Source: a virus. From it: 64,000 bases of DNA. Numbering within the stretch: the first letter of the stretch is position 1; the number at the start of each line of letters is the position of its first letter. The DNA lies in IMG/VR virus record IMGVR_UViG_3300042453_005424, positions 1 to 64,000 of that record. One strand, 5' to 3'. The notes below the pieces were generated by a model. That model worked only from the letters and a program-made list of their open reading frames with translations, made no database searches and was not told the DNA's origin. The position numbers and the translations under genes are program-made. Positions 10,430-20,722 of the stretch are shown here, in pieces.

Positions 10430-11067
10430 TTCCAGCCCTTTGCTAATGTATTATTGATCAATTTAATTCTATTATTTAATATAGCTGTAGACAAATTTAA
10501 TTTTTTAGATATGCCTGCATTATCTAGAATTTGTTTACCTCCGAAGCCTGTTTTATGCTCGAATATTAATTTGTCTGAGGGTGACAGGTCATGATAAACA
10601 AAATGCACCCATTCATCATTACCGCTCTCGAATAAGGCCGGTGATTCAAATAAATTAGACATAGCTGATGTAGTTTTTTTGCTGCGCAGCATATTATTGA
10701 CCATTTTCATACTAAAGCCTGTATGCTCAGATAATTCTGAAACTGTTGGGTTTCTTCCTAATGTATGCTCTAAATCTTTCTCGACCCGCATCAGTTTATT
10801 AATACCGAATTGTGTATTTTCCGGAAGTCTTATAACGTTACCGTATTGTGTAGATAATCTTGATAATTTTTTCAAGTTGTTAACCAAATAAGTACTAAAT
10901 TTATACCCAGACGTAGGTTCGTACGAAGCTGCCGCATCTCGTGCCAGTTTATAAGCCTCTATTTGAACCGTTATAAGAGGAATATTCGTTGCGTACCTCG
11001 CCGCTTCTAGCTCAATTAACTTTTTGTTTTCTTTTATAAGCTTTTCTATTTCGTTTTTACTTTTCAT
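10426..11067 (-). CDS. Sigma-70 family RNA polymerase sigma factor (regions 2, 3, 4)
   Basis: YEPTSGYKFSTY (region 2.3), VIRLP, LGRNPTVSELSEHTGFS (region 3) and a C-terminal HTH. Confidence 0.85.
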   Translation of the reverse strand: MKSKNEIEKLIKENKKLIELEAARYATNIPLITVQIEAYKLARDAAASYEPTSGYKFSTYLVNNLKKLSRLSTQYGNVIRLPENTQFGINKLMRVEKDLEHTLGRNPTVSELSEHTGFSMKMVNNMLRSKKTTSAMSNLFESPALFESGNDEWVHFVYHDLSPSDKLIFEHKTGFGGKQILDNAGISKKLNLSTAILNNRIKLINNTLAKGWK

Positions 11068-11073
11068 AGTTAA

Positions 11074-12741
11074 TCACCTGGTATCTCCTAAAAATCCGCT
11101 CTGAACACCACTTTCTTTTCCTTGGTTGTAACCTAAAAATTTATCAGAGGATACACCTGCCGGGGATGACCCAATTCTACCGCACGAAAAATTTACAGTG
11201 GTCATCGCAGACCCTGTGTTGGGGCTGGACATGTCTATTCTGTGTGTCACGCCTGTAACATAAAAAGCTAATGTTAGCTTTGTTTCTCTGATATAAATTG
11301 AGCCGCCTGTGCCTGGAGCCCACTGAGGATTAAAATCCATCACGATTGTTCCTGTTCTATCTCCGTACCTATTCTGGTATAATTTAATTTCAGCATAGTT
11401 ATTCAGAACTTCGCCCACCTTCTGCACATCACCTTTCTTTTTTTCAAACTGTTGTTTATACCCAGATTGGCTTTCGCTTTTAGCCTGGTCATATTTAAGA
11501 GGAGCTTTCATCATTGAATCGCCTGGGTTATCCAACCTAGGCTTTCCTTCTTTTGAATCAGTCACGTAAGGAGCATTAGGTGAAAAAAGCATAAATGGAT
11601 TGCTTTTAACGACTAAAACTCCGGATGCCTGTGATACGTTTTTCTCGTCCATGTATTCTCCGGAGAGACCTGTATCAAATGCCGGCCCTCCCAAGTACAT
11701 ACCGTCTATATGTGTGGGTTGAGCAATAACAACTGCAGCGATATCCCTATAACCATTATCATTATAGGTATAGCTGACATAGTCTGCAGGACCCCCTTTG
11801 TTCGGAGCGCTTTGCACTTGTCCTTTACCTGGAGACCCGGAGTTTTGCTTTAAAACCGAATTAAACGGAACAACCCAACCTTTACTATTACCAAATATTA
11901 TAGAGCATCCGAGTAATTCTAAAAAGCCCATATAATTTTCAAGCAAAACATTAGAACCTTCTACAAATGCGGATTGTATAACTTTTAAAGCTGCTGGGTG
12001 TGAAGCTTTGGCTTGGGCTATGGACCCACTCTCTACAGCGCTAAGGTCTAAACTATCTAGAATTTCTTTTGCCCTAGTCAACGCTTTTTTATACCTTGGG
12101 TCCGTTAGTACTTTCTTTAAAGCCTGAGATCCGGAAGGTAATTTTTCTTTCCCAGCAAATTGAAAAGGATTATTTAATTGTATATCAACAACTAATTTTA
12201 ATAACTCTGTGTAATATTTTATTACGTTTTGAGTAAAAGGTAATTTTTGAGTCGCAGTCACATTGAACCAACTTTTAACCGCGTTAGACTCTTCGCCGGA
12301 CTGCTTGAACCCTATAGCCATCGCCGGGTTTTTATAAATATTAACCGACACTGGATGAAGCCCTGGCGTAATAGTGGTGATTTCCAATAATGTCTGAGCT
12401 TTGTTTTTTATAACTGCTTGATAAGAATTATTGCCTACAGCATTGCTTATGGATAAACCATCCAAATATCCTACAAATTTAGCTGTGCGATTTTTCTTTC
12501 CTCCATCGCCTGTATAAATAGAAACATCCACATTAATTGTTACTTCATCTTTTCGCTTGAGCTGATCTGTGCTTGTTATAACTCCCGCGCTAAAAGTGTC
12601 TATTTTAGACCCTCCTCCGCTAGAGGAAAGCTCCACCAAAGCTGTCGGAATTGCGCCTACAGCATAATTTATAGTAACACCCACAGGTGTAATTCCACTT
12701 AACCCTGATACGTTGATTTTTACGTCAGTTTGTTTTGCCAT
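11074..12741 (-). CDS. Baseplate hub protein (gp27/late control D-like)
   Basis: 555 aa, downstream of the tape measure; C-terminal FYVTGVTHRIDM...TTVNFS is typical of hub proteins. Confidence 0.7.
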   Translation of the reverse strand: MAKQTDVKINVSGLSGITPVGVTINYAVGAIPTALVELSSSGGGSKIDTFSAGVITSTDQLKRKDEVTINVDVSIYTGDGGKKNRTAKFVGYLDGLSISNAVGNNSYQAVIKNKAQTLLEITTITPGLHPVSVNIYKNPAMAIGFKQSGEESNAVKSWFNVTATQKLPFTQNVIKYYTELLKLVVDIQLNNPFQFAGKEKLPSGSQALKKVLTDPRYKKALTRAKEILDSLDLSAVESGSIAQAKASHPAALKVIQSAFVEGSNVLLENYMGFLELLGCSIIFGNSKGWVVPFNSVLKQNSGSPGKGQVQSAPNKGGPADYVSYTYNDNGYRDIAAVVIAQPTHIDGMYLGGPAFDTGLSGEYMDEKNVSQASGVLVVKSNPFMLFSPNAPYVTDSKEGKPRLDNPGDSMMKAPLKYDQAKSESQSGYKQQFEKKKGDVQKVGEVLNNYAEIKLYQNRYGDRTGTIVMDFNPQWAPGTGGSIYIRETKLTLAFYVTGVTHRIDMSSPNTGSAMTTVNFSCGRIGSSPAGVSSDKFLGYNQGKESGVQSGFLGDTR

Positions 12742-13690
12742 ATATGTCGTTTACTTTTTCAACATAGGCTAAAAGCAGCCCTGAAAGCCTATATATATCA
12801 TTGTAATGGGACGACCACAAGTTTTCATAAGTTTTAGTTGAAGAAGTACTGTTGAACTTAAACATATCTTCAACAATCCCTCGCTCATTACTTAACCGAC
12901 TAATCAAGCCAGGTATGTCAAATTTCATCGAAGTTTCCGCAGTAAATAACCAAGACTTATTCTCGCCCGATAAAAATAAGTCTAAAGGCCCTACAATATT
13001 AAACCCTATCCCGGTATCTCCTATCTTTATATGATTAGACATGTTGTCGTCATGCGCAGATTTCGAAATAGTTATAGCCATATTTGCTGGAGAGCGCGAA
13101 TCAGCCTCTCCGAACTTATAATATCTCCTTTGCACAGGAGAAAAAATGGTGATGCTTGGTGTGCTGCCTTCCTGCCTTATCAAAAAACTATCGAAAAAAA
13201 GATTTGCCTCTAGCCGTTGTTTTAATTTTCCTGTTATGATTAAACTGAATTTATTATCAGAGCTTTTCGGTATCGATATTTTTGGAATTTTAAAATAGTC
13301 GGAAGTTGCAGACAGTTCAAATAAATCATACGTAATTCTATTGTCGTATCTCATTATTTGCGGAGTCATACCCGCCGCGTCAATAATTTTTAAATAACTA
13401 AATAAAAAAAACTGTTTATAGTAATCTGAGCATTCCTCAGGAAAAAGAATACTATGCACATTTTTTAAAGCCGGAGGCAATTCTATAACTGTGTAATTCT
13501 TATTTAAAAATACTGAAGGTGAGCTTTCTGTTATAAGCGCTCCGCCCAATATATTCGATATCTCTATAAAATATTCGTCTCGGGTTTGTAAAAAATGATT
13601 GTCATATCCCATTAAGAGATAATTTTGCACTGATGCTTTTATAACTGATAAACGCACATTAGTTAAAAGTGTAGCGAAGTGGTTAACCAT
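12725..13690 (-). CDS. Tail/baseplate-associated hypothetical protein
   Basis: 321-aa ORF between the tube-like and hub genes; assignment is positional only. Confidence 0.5.
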   Translation of the reverse strand: MVNHFATLLTNVRLSVIKASVQNYLLMGYDNHFLQTRDEYFIEISNILGGALITESSPSVFLNKNYTVIELPPALKNVHSILFPEECSDYYKQFFLFSYLKIIDAAGMTPQIMRYDNRITYDLFELSATSDYFKIPKISIPKSSDNKFSLIITGKLKQRLEANLFFDSFLIRQEGSTPSITIFSPVQRRYYKFGEADSRSPANMAITISKSAHDDNMSNHIKIGDTGIGFNIVGPLDLFLSGENKSWLFTAETSMKFDIPGLISRLSNERGIVEDMFKFNSTSSTKTYENLWSSHYNDIYRLSGLLLAYVEKVNDIYGKTN

Positions 13691-13695
13691 AATTA

Positions 13696-14139
13696 TTACA
13701 TTGTGTGATTAACTATGGAAAAGTTGAACACAAACTGAGCCATAGTGTCTGGTTCGCTAATCACTGATATTTGTGCTGAGTTTAGTATTACTGTTAAAGT
13801 CATGCTGCCGATACTGATTGTTTGCTCTTTACCTCTTAACCCCGAAACAGCCCCAGAAAATTTATTTAGCCCCGGGATATCTCCATCACATTTGCTAAAC
13901 ATAATTCCGGCGACATTTACTGTTCCGAGTCCTTTACCAAAATGAATAAATTTAATTACGTCGTCGAATGTTAAAAAATATTGAATTGTTTCACCTATCT
14001 GAACACTTACTTCGGTATAAATAGCTAATCCGGATTGTCCGACTATATTATCTACCTGAGGTATTTTAACTAAGTGATCTGCAGAGCCACCGCTCTTAAA
14101 CACATCATCTTTTTCTAAATTAAAAAATGCTGCAGCCAT
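13696..14139 (-). CDS. Tube-fold baseplate/tail-tube initiator protein
   Basis: 147 aa, beta-rich, just after the tape measure; IQYFLTFDDVIKFIHFG..LGTVNVAG pattern; size similar to the tube. Confidence 0.55.
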   Translation of the reverse strand: MAAAFFNLEKDDVFKSGGSADHLVKIPQVDNIVGQSGLAIYTEVSVQIGETIQYFLTFDDVIKFIHFGKGLGTVNVAGIMFSKCDGDIPGLNKFSGAVSGLRGKEQTISIGSMTLTVILNSAQISVISEPDTMAQFVFNFSIVNHTM

Positions 14140-14144
14140 ATAAA

Positions 14145-17100
14145 TTAACTTGTTAACGCAGATGTCAAAGCTTGAAGTGCTGAGGCTATTCCTCCTCCAC
14201 CTTCAAAAACTTCTTTAAACTGTTTCAATATATCTTTCATATCTCCCATACCTTTATCCTCAGGCGCTTGAGCTCCTGTCGCTTTTAATTTATCATCTAT
14301 TGTACTTAAACTTCCTTGGGTCTGCGATAATATAACTCCTAGCTGCCCTCCTGCGCCATCTGAATATTTTTTTCTAACTTCTTCACTGGCAAACATACCT
14401 GAGGTTGTTGAATAGTCTGCAACCATCTTCTCCACATCTACAGACCCATCTTCTTTTTTATAGTTTTCTTTTGCCCTACCGATTAACTCGGCCGCCTCTC
14501 CTGACGCTGAGCTAGCGAACTCGTCTATACGCTTTTCCGCAGTGGTCAGTGTTTCCTCTTTAGCTTTGTCTGTTTCTGCTTTAAGTAATTGTTGCCTTCT
14601 AGACTCTATAGCCGCGGCACCTAAATTTCTTACACCTCCGTTATTCGCCATATCAAAAGCTGCTTCTGACTCAAGTAATCCCATTTTTTCAGCAGTCTCT
14701 AGGGCATTAAACATAGATTGATCTAACTCATTTAGATCTTCTCCTTTATCCACCCTAGTTCTAAAATCCTGTAAGTCTCTTTTAGCGGTTTTTACGGATC
14801 CTACGGTTTTAAGCTGTACCGCAGCATTTTCCAAGTCTTCACTACTAATTTCTCCTAATTTTTCTGCTAATTCGGTATCACCGGTCTGTCTTGCTTCTGC
14901 TATTCTGCCCTGTATAACAGCGTTCACACCTTCAGCCATTTTATCCGATATAGTGGCATCCCCACCCTCCATAGCGCTCGCAGCAGCAATTCCTTCAGCC
15001 CCTTTCAAGGATTGTTCGCGCGCTTTTTTTAGTTTTGGTGAAGTAACTCCCTCTGTAGTGAATAAACCTTCTATAGCTTGAGTTATTTCTCCTATATTTT
15101 CGCCTGAAGCTACCGCGTTAACCATTTGTGTAACCATTGGTGCATTAAGCCCGCCCAGCCTTTTTGACATATCGGCTTCAGTTTTAGCTTGTGTGTCGAT
15201 CAAATTTTTAACACGAGTTTTTTGCTCTTCTGTCATAGTAGACATGTAGAGATCTTGCATAACAGAAGATCTAGCCATATTCGCAAACCTCTGCGAATCT
15301 TCTGTCATAGGCATATTTGTTAAAAGTTCCGAGTCGAAAAAAGTTCCTGCGCTTATTCCTTTAGCTTGAGCTTCCTTAAATTTTTGTTTTATTTCTTCCT
15401 CGCTAATTCCCATCATTTCCATCCCCTCATAAAATGAGCGGGTCATAGTCCCTTTTGCTCCTCGTCGCAAACTCGAACTTATGTCTTCATCAGCCAAAGC
15501 TCTTTGCTGTAAATCTGCTCGCGACATATTTGCTACAACAAGAGAAGTATCCATACCTAATTTTTCTGATACATTCGCTAAAAAATTAGGATCAGCATAA
15601 TCTTGTGGAGTAAATTCTCCTGAAGAAAATTGCTGCTTTAATTCTTCATATAACTCTGGGCTTTTTCCTTTGGCCATTTGCAACAATGCTGCAAGCCCTC
15701 CTGTATAGCCGGATTGGAGATATTCTTGCTCAGAAGTTATTTCTTTTGCAGCTATGCCTTGCGATCCTCCAGCTTTACGATAATCTTCTGGACTCATAAC
15801 TGCCCCCATTGTAGCAGCTGTTTCTATAGCCTTAACGGACATTTCTGTTACAGTAGAAGAGCTTAGGTATTGCAGCTGAGGATTATTTCTAGCCAATTCT
15901 TTAGCAGAATCGATTATACCGAACATCGCTTCTAAACTAACCCCAGCCACTCTAGCTGTGGCTTTTGCTTTGCGTAAAATATCTTCTATTCCCTGAGCAT
16001 CTTTTCCGGCGTCATTCGAAGATAACTTATTACCTAGCTTAGCGGTTTCTTCACCTAGTCTAGGATCAGGCTCTGAGGAGGGGCCTGAAGCACCTACCTT
16101 TGGAGCTTCTCCTGGTTCTGTAGGCAACACACTCGATTCTCGAGAAGATAAATCGTAAGTTGCAGTCCCTACAAAATCGTTTATTCTTTCGACTAACTGT
16201 GCTCCAGATAAATCATTGCCGAATAAAGATCTGGCTGCGTCCAAAGCTCCCCCAGCATTTTTAGAGAAGTCAGCCATAGCCGCTGCTGGAGAAGAACCTC
16301 TCCTGTCTCCCAGTAATCTCAATTCAGCGGCTTTGTTAAACGCAGATGTAAAATCTTCCAACTTAAACCCTCTAGAATTTTCAAAATTAAATCCCTTAAA
16401 ACGCCCTTTTCCTTCTCGGTAAGCTTCTCCCTCCATTGTCAATCTCTCTATAGGATCAAGCTCAGCTGTTTTTTCTAAAAGATCTCTTACTTTTTCCGTA
16501 TTTAATTGACCGTCTTTATTTTTTAATTTTTTAAGCTGCTCTTCTGTGGCTACATTGTATTTTTTAAGCTGCTCTTCTAATCGCTCATTATACTCTTTTT
16601 TAACCGATTCATCGCTCTCGTCGATTAATTTTTCTACATCCACATCAAGCATATTAACTACCTGACGTTTTCTACGTATTCTATCTTTTACATTACGTGT
16701 AATTTCTGTATCAGCTCCTCCCTCAGGGCTTGTAATATCTATCTTCTCAAGCTGCTCCATTCCTTTTTCGGTGAGCTTTCCTTCGTCGTCCAAGTCCAAC
16801 TCAATACCTAAGTCTTTAAGATAATTAATGCCAGTTTCTCCCTCTTCCAATCTGTCTGTTATAAATTTCCGTGTTTTGTCTTGCACATACTTTCTAGCCC
16901 CAGGGGTTCCATCAGGCGCTGTTTCGTACTGTTGCTCCGCATAAAAATTTTTGGCTAAAGACTGCATTACGGCTTCTGTTTCTTCGGGTGTTATCGCACC
17001 AATCCTTCCAAAATTCCCCATAATATCTGCCCCAGCCAATCCGGCGTAAGTCTGCATTTGCGCAGCCATGGGATTTCCTCCTAAAAGAGGACTCATAGCT

Positions 17101-17408
17101 CTGGCCAATAACCCGTCCGGAGAACCCATGAAACGCCCGGCCAGCCCGGTAAGAGGATTTTCACTTATTCCTAACGACTTAGAAATCTGGTTATTCATGA
17201 ACCCTGAGCGCTGTAAGTTCATAAATTGAGCAGAACGTTCTCGTTGAATAAATGCGTCATACACGCTTTGCCCGCTATCTGGGCGAGGAGTATAACCGGC
17301 CCCATACAAACCCTGCATCATCAAGTTCATCACTGGATTACCATAGTTCCTCCCGAATGGGGAATATGCCGCGTAATCTTCGTAAGGGCTAAATGTATTC
17401 ACATTCAT
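14145..17408 (-). CDS. Tail tape measure protein
   Basis: 1087 aa, helical and Ala/Gly/Glu/Met-rich, immediately downstream of the frameshifted chaperone pair. Confidence 0.8.
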   Translation of the reverse strand: MNVNTFSPYEDYAAYSPFGRNYGNPVMNLMMQGLYGAGYTPRPDSGQSVYDAFIQRERSAQFMNLQRSGFMNNQISKSLGISENPLTGLAGRFMGSPDGLLARAMSPLLGGNPMAAQMQTYAGLAGADIMGNFGRIGAITPEETEAVMQSLAKNFYAEQQYETAPDGTPGARKYVQDKTRKFITDRLEEGETGINYLKDLGIELDLDDEGKLTEKGMEQLEKIDITSPEGGADTEITRNVKDRIRRKRQVVNMLDVDVEKLIDESDESVKKEYNERLEEQLKKYNVATEEQLKKLKNKDGQLNTEKVRDLLEKTAELDPIERLTMEGEAYREGKGRFKGFNFENSRGFKLEDFTSAFNKAAELRLLGDRRGSSPAAAMADFSKNAGGALDAARSLFGNDLSGAQLVERINDFVGTATYDLSSRESSVLPTEPGEAPKVGASGPSSEPDPRLGEETAKLGNKLSSNDAGKDAQGIEDILRKAKATARVAGVSLEAMFGIIDSAKELARNNPQLQYLSSSTVTEMSVKAIETAATMGAVMSPEDYRKAGGSQGIAAKEITSEQEYLQSGYTGGLAALLQMAKGKSPELYEELKQQFSSGEFTPQDYADPNFLANVSEKLGMDTSLVVANMSRADLQQRALADEDISSSLRRGAKGTMTRSFYEGMEMMGISEEEIKQKFKEAQAKGISAGTFFDSELLTNMPMTEDSQRFANMARSSVMQDLYMSTMTEEQKTRVKNLIDTQAKTEADMSKRLGGLNAPMVTQMVNAVASGENIGEITQAIEGLFTTEGVTSPKLKKAREQSLKGAEGIAAASAMEGGDATISDKMAEGVNAVIQGRIAEARQTGDTELAEKLGEISSEDLENAAVQLKTVGSVKTAKRDLQDFRTRVDKGEDLNELDQSMFNALETAEKMGLLESEAAFDMANNGGVRNLGAAAIESRRQQLLKAETDKAKEETLTTAEKRIDEFASSASGEAAELIGRAKENYKKEDGSVDVEKMVADYSTTSGMFASEEVRKKYSDGAGGQLGVILSQTQGSLSTIDDKLKATGAQAPEDKGMGDMKDILKQFKEVFEGGGGIASALQALTSALTS

Positions 17409-17428
17409 TGTTTATCTGTATCTTAACA

Positions 17429-17785
17429 CTATTTTTTATTTATATTACTTAGAAAAAGTTTCCATTCAGCTAAATCTTCTTTACTCAATTGTTTCTTTTC
17501 TTGCTTTATTTTATCTTTTGCTACTATAGAAGGCAATTTTAAAGCTATCAGCATTTTATTTAATTCAAAAATAGGCTCGAACAGCTCTTTGGAGCGTTTG
17601 TCTGAAGTAGCTCTAAGCGTAGACTCAATGAATAGTTTTTCTTTAAGTAATTCAAACATCCTATCATTTTGAAGTTTATGCAAAATAATCTCTTCTCTCA
17701 ACCGAGAAGTACGCTGAGGATATTTAAAGTTCAGCCAGCCCCTAAGATAGCCTTCTATAAGGCAACTTACGCGCTGGCTTTCCAA
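17429..17785 (-). CDS. Tail assembly chaperone, T segment (probably translated by -1 frameshift)
   Basis: The track start is a TTG lying exactly at a slippery heptamer, in the -1 frame of 17767..18282. Confidence 0.7.
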   Translation of the reverse strand: MESQRVSCLIEGYLRGWLNFKYPQRTSRLREEIILHKLQNDRMFELLKEKLFIESTLRATSDKRSKELFEPIFELNKMLIALKLPSIVAKDKIKQEKKQLSKEDLAEWKLFLSNINKK

Positions 17786-18282
17786 AAATTTACAGTTTGT
17801 ACCTCATTTGTAAGTTTTATTATTTTAGCCTCAAACTTTTGGAAAGCATCCAAAAAAAGTGACAACTTATAAGTGGGCCATGATTTAAAAGACTTAGCTC
17901 TTGCTACAATATAGCTGTCGTTATCCCCTACTGTTAAATACGTATCTTTGTTAATATCAGAATATACCTTTTCGTCTACAGACACTAACGCTAAGCCTAA
18001 TCTGTATGTTGCAATTGTAATGAAATAAGCATCATTATCCATAGCTACACCAGCCTTTTTATCTGCAACTATCTGATTAACAACATCTGTGTTTTCTTGG
18101 ACGGTCAATGACCTGAATCTAACTTTTAATTGACCATCAAAAAGAGGTATTGCCTCCTCGTAAGATCTGTCGGATAAAACACTTTTTAAAAAATTTTCTT
18201 TATCTTGCTCAGTAATATCTATTCTAGCTGGTTTTTCTGTACTCATATCTATAGAAGGATTGAATGATGGTTGGTTATTCAT
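17767..18282 (-). CDS. Tail assembly chaperone (G-like)
   Basis: 171 aa; LFDGQLKVRFRSLT motif; lies upstream of the tape measure and has a slippery site near its 3' end. Confidence 0.75.
   Translation of the reverse strand: MNNQPSFNPSIDMSTEKPARIDITEQDKENFLKSVLSDRSYEEAIPLFDGQLKVRFRSLTVQENTDVVNQIVADKKAGVAMDNDAYFITIATYRLGLALVSVDEKVYSDINKDTYLTVGDNDSYIVARAKSFKSWPTYKLSLFLDAFQKFEAKIIKLTNEVQTVNFWKASA
17785..17791 (-). other. -1 programmed ribosomal frameshift site A AAT TTT
   Basis: An in-frame X XXY YYZ heptamer (GTA AAT TTT TGG). A -1 slip gives AAA TTT TTG GAA AGC..., i.e. the T ORF, for a fusion of about 284 aa. Confidence 0.75.
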
Positions 18283-18290
18283 TATTTTAA

Positions 18291-20639
18291 TTATTTTGAT
18301 TTTTGTACTTTGTATTGTTTCAAGGAGGATAGCGTTATATTACCTGGAGATGGTTCAGATTCAGCTTTATTGCTATAATCTTTACCTAAAGGATTAGATT
18401 CCAAATTTTTAGGTTTTTCACCTTTAAAATAAAACTGCTCAAATTTTTCTTTTCCTGGGTATGGTAGGCTGCCATTGACTTCCTCTTCCTGCCAAGGTTG
18501 TAACGAGTATAAGCTTGAAGCTAAGTCTTCTTGCTGCGCCATAGTCATAGGTATAGCATCTTCTTGGTCACTTAACTGCCCGTATTGGTCGGATTTTAAA
18601 AACTTAAACTTCAGTTTTTCGACTTTTGATTCGTCTGTAAATATCGTCATTTTTAAAGGCTCTTTTTTAAATTCTTTTAGACTATCCAACATACCTTTAA
18701 ACATCTCGGTAGGTATAACACCTTTAAGAATATCTATAAAAGGACTATCTGTATCGTACATAACACCCAAGTTATCGTCTTTTTGACCAATATTAGTTCC
18801 AGATGAGCCGGCGACATTAACACTCTGACCAGCTATTAAGTTTAAACTTTTTGGTGTGTATATAATCAAAGATTCGTCGGTTATAAAATTTAATCGTTTA
18901 TCTGGGTAGAATGTAATATCTTTTTTGCAGCGGAGGTCGATATCTTTCATACTCTCGAATAAAATTTTATCTTTTGAGTGATTCAAGATTACTTTTTCTG
19001 CGAAATTATAAATACCTAATTTAGATTTAAGGATTATTCCACCTACTTTTTCAATCGCCATCGTTTCAGGGTCTGGCGTTCCTGGAGTATTCGAAGTACC
19101 TTCTGTTTGGAAAACAATTCCACCGTCTTTACTATAATAATAATGCGCATTTTTAGATTTGACTCTAAACCCTCCTTTTGTTGAAGAAAAATCGATGTCC
19201 CATTGCGAGGCTATGCTTACAAATCCGCCAGCTTTAACCACATTGTGTCTTAAAGGCTGGGATATCAAATCTTTAGCTGGCTGTAGATAAATATTTCCGC
19301 CTTCCATCACAATAGCAGAACTCCAGGCATCGCGAATTGCGATACCTCCGTTAGGCATAAGATATATCCCGGCAGTTCTAAGTTGGTATTCTTGAAGATC
19401 TAATTTTGTTTCTTTATCTATCGGACCGAATTCAGAAATTTTATTTTCTTTCCCGATAGAATCATTCACATAAAAATCTTTTTCATGCTTTTTAAAATTT
19501 TGATAATTAAGTTTTTCATTCACATATGCCACATAATCCCTAATTTGTAGCGCATATAAAAAAGGATTTCCTTTAAACTTGTGATCGTTTTTGAACTCAA
19601 ATTTTTCTTTTTCTTCGTACTCTAACGTGCGGGCGTCGTCTCCTTTTTTATCCTCAGGAAAAGCTATGCGATGAGGAACACGAATCCATTGCGTTTTTTC
19701 GATAAATACTTCTTTAACGCTGCGAAAATGCATTCCGCCGTCCGCACCTAAGTGAATGTCGCATAGTCCGGTATCAGGCGTACCTGGAGGCTTTAAATCG
19801 TTTTTACGTGTTTCTTGAGGGTCCGGGCGGACCACAAACAAGTGAAAAAAATCGCCTACACTACCTAAAAAAACTTTAAAGCGCTCAACAGCTTTTATAC
19901 GCTCATCCTCGGTAATCTTATAAAAATCTTTTTCATCGTCGGTAGTATGTGAGCCTTCTTTAGAAAAAGTTGGAGGTGTGGCATCCGAGTTTACACAGGG
20001 TTTTCCATATAATTCGCCTGTTTTATGTGTAGCTCCAAACTCACACATTAAGCGTTTTCCGTCGTGCCATATATTGTATTCTCCGAGAGCAGTATAATGC
20101 TGAAAATTATGGCTTATAATCCTCACCATATCATCTAATAAAAAACATTGTATTTGCGCTAATTCTGATGCCTTTAAATGAGCCATTTGCTGGTACAACC
20201 CGAGCAATACTCCGAATTCATTACCTAGCACATATTCTCCATCAACTACATCAGTTGATCTTCTATTATCGTTAATAGACTGGGTGTGCTCCACATGACC
20301 CATACGATTAGCTTGGTCATCTAATGTATTTTTTTGGCCTAGCGTTGCTCTAGATGGAAGAGAATCTACTTTGAGATTGTTTTGAGGTATGCCTCCAAGA
20401 ATATAACATGTAGTCCCTGTGTTTGGTACACATAGAACTCTAGCTCCGGGTTGCGGAAGGTTAGAGTCTTTGAATCCGAAAAACGCGGCCATTGAGCTAC
20501 TAATTAAAATTCCTTGCATCATATTTCCAGCATGCGGGGTATCTGACGAGGCGTATCCCTCAGGAGCGACTATAACTGTGTTCGATCCTGCGTTAGAAGT
20601 AATTACAACTGCAGTAAATAATGTAGGTGAAGAATTCAT
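18291..20639 (-). CDS. Baseplate central spike (gp5/VgrG-like OB-fold plus beta-helix)
   Basis: N-terminal LPQPGARVLCV (OB-fold pattern); C-terminal short beta repeats (IDLRCKKDITF, LNLIAGQSVNV). Confidence 0.7.
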   Translation of the reverse strand: MNSSPTLFTAVVITSNAGSNTVIVAPEGYASSDTPHAGNMMQGILISSSMAAFFGFKDSNLPQPGARVLCVPNTGTTCYILGGIPQNNLKVDSLPSRATLGQKNTLDDQANRMGHVEHTQSINDNRRSTDVVDGEYVLGNEFGVLLGLYQQMAHLKASELAQIQCFLLDDMVRIISHNFQHYTALGEYNIWHDGKRLMCEFGATHKTGELYGKPCVNSDATPPTFSKEGSHTTDDEKDFYKITEDERIKAVERFKVFLGSVGDFFHLFVVRPDPQETRKNDLKPPGTPDTGLCDIHLGADGGMHFRSVKEVFIEKTQWIRVPHRIAFPEDKKGDDARTLEYEEKEKFEFKNDHKFKGNPFLYALQIRDYVAYVNEKLNYQNFKKHEKDFYVNDSIGKENKISEFGPIDKETKLDLQEYQLRTAGIYLMPNGGIAIRDAWSSAIVMEGGNIYLQPAKDLISQPLRHNVVKAGGFVSIASQWDIDFSSTKGGFRVKSKNAHYYYSKDGGIVFQTEGTSNTPGTPDPETMAIEKVGGIILKSKLGIYNFAEKVILNHSKDKILFESMKDIDLRCKKDITFYPDKRLNFITDESLIIYTPKSLNLIAGQSVNVAGSSGTNIGQKDDNLGVMYDTDSPFIDILKGVIPTEMFKGMLDSLKEFKKEPLKMTIFTDESKVEKLKFKFLKSDQYGQLSDQEDAIPMTMAQQEDLASSLYSLQPWQEEEVNGSLPYPGKEKFEQFYFKGEKPKNLESNPLGKDYSNKAESEPSPGNITLSSLKQYKVQKSK

Positions 20640-20657
20640 TGTTTTTTTTTAGTATAT

Positions 20658-20698
20658 AAAAAAACCTCAGCCCTTAATATATAGGACTGAGGTTTTTT
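20658..20698. terminator. Bidirectional intrinsic terminator downstream of the tail tube gene
   Basis: Inverted repeat AAAAAACCTCAG...CTGAGGTTTTTT with A/T tails on both sides. Confidence 0.8.
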
Positions 20699-20722
20699 AT
20701 CAAGAAAATATACTGAAATATA

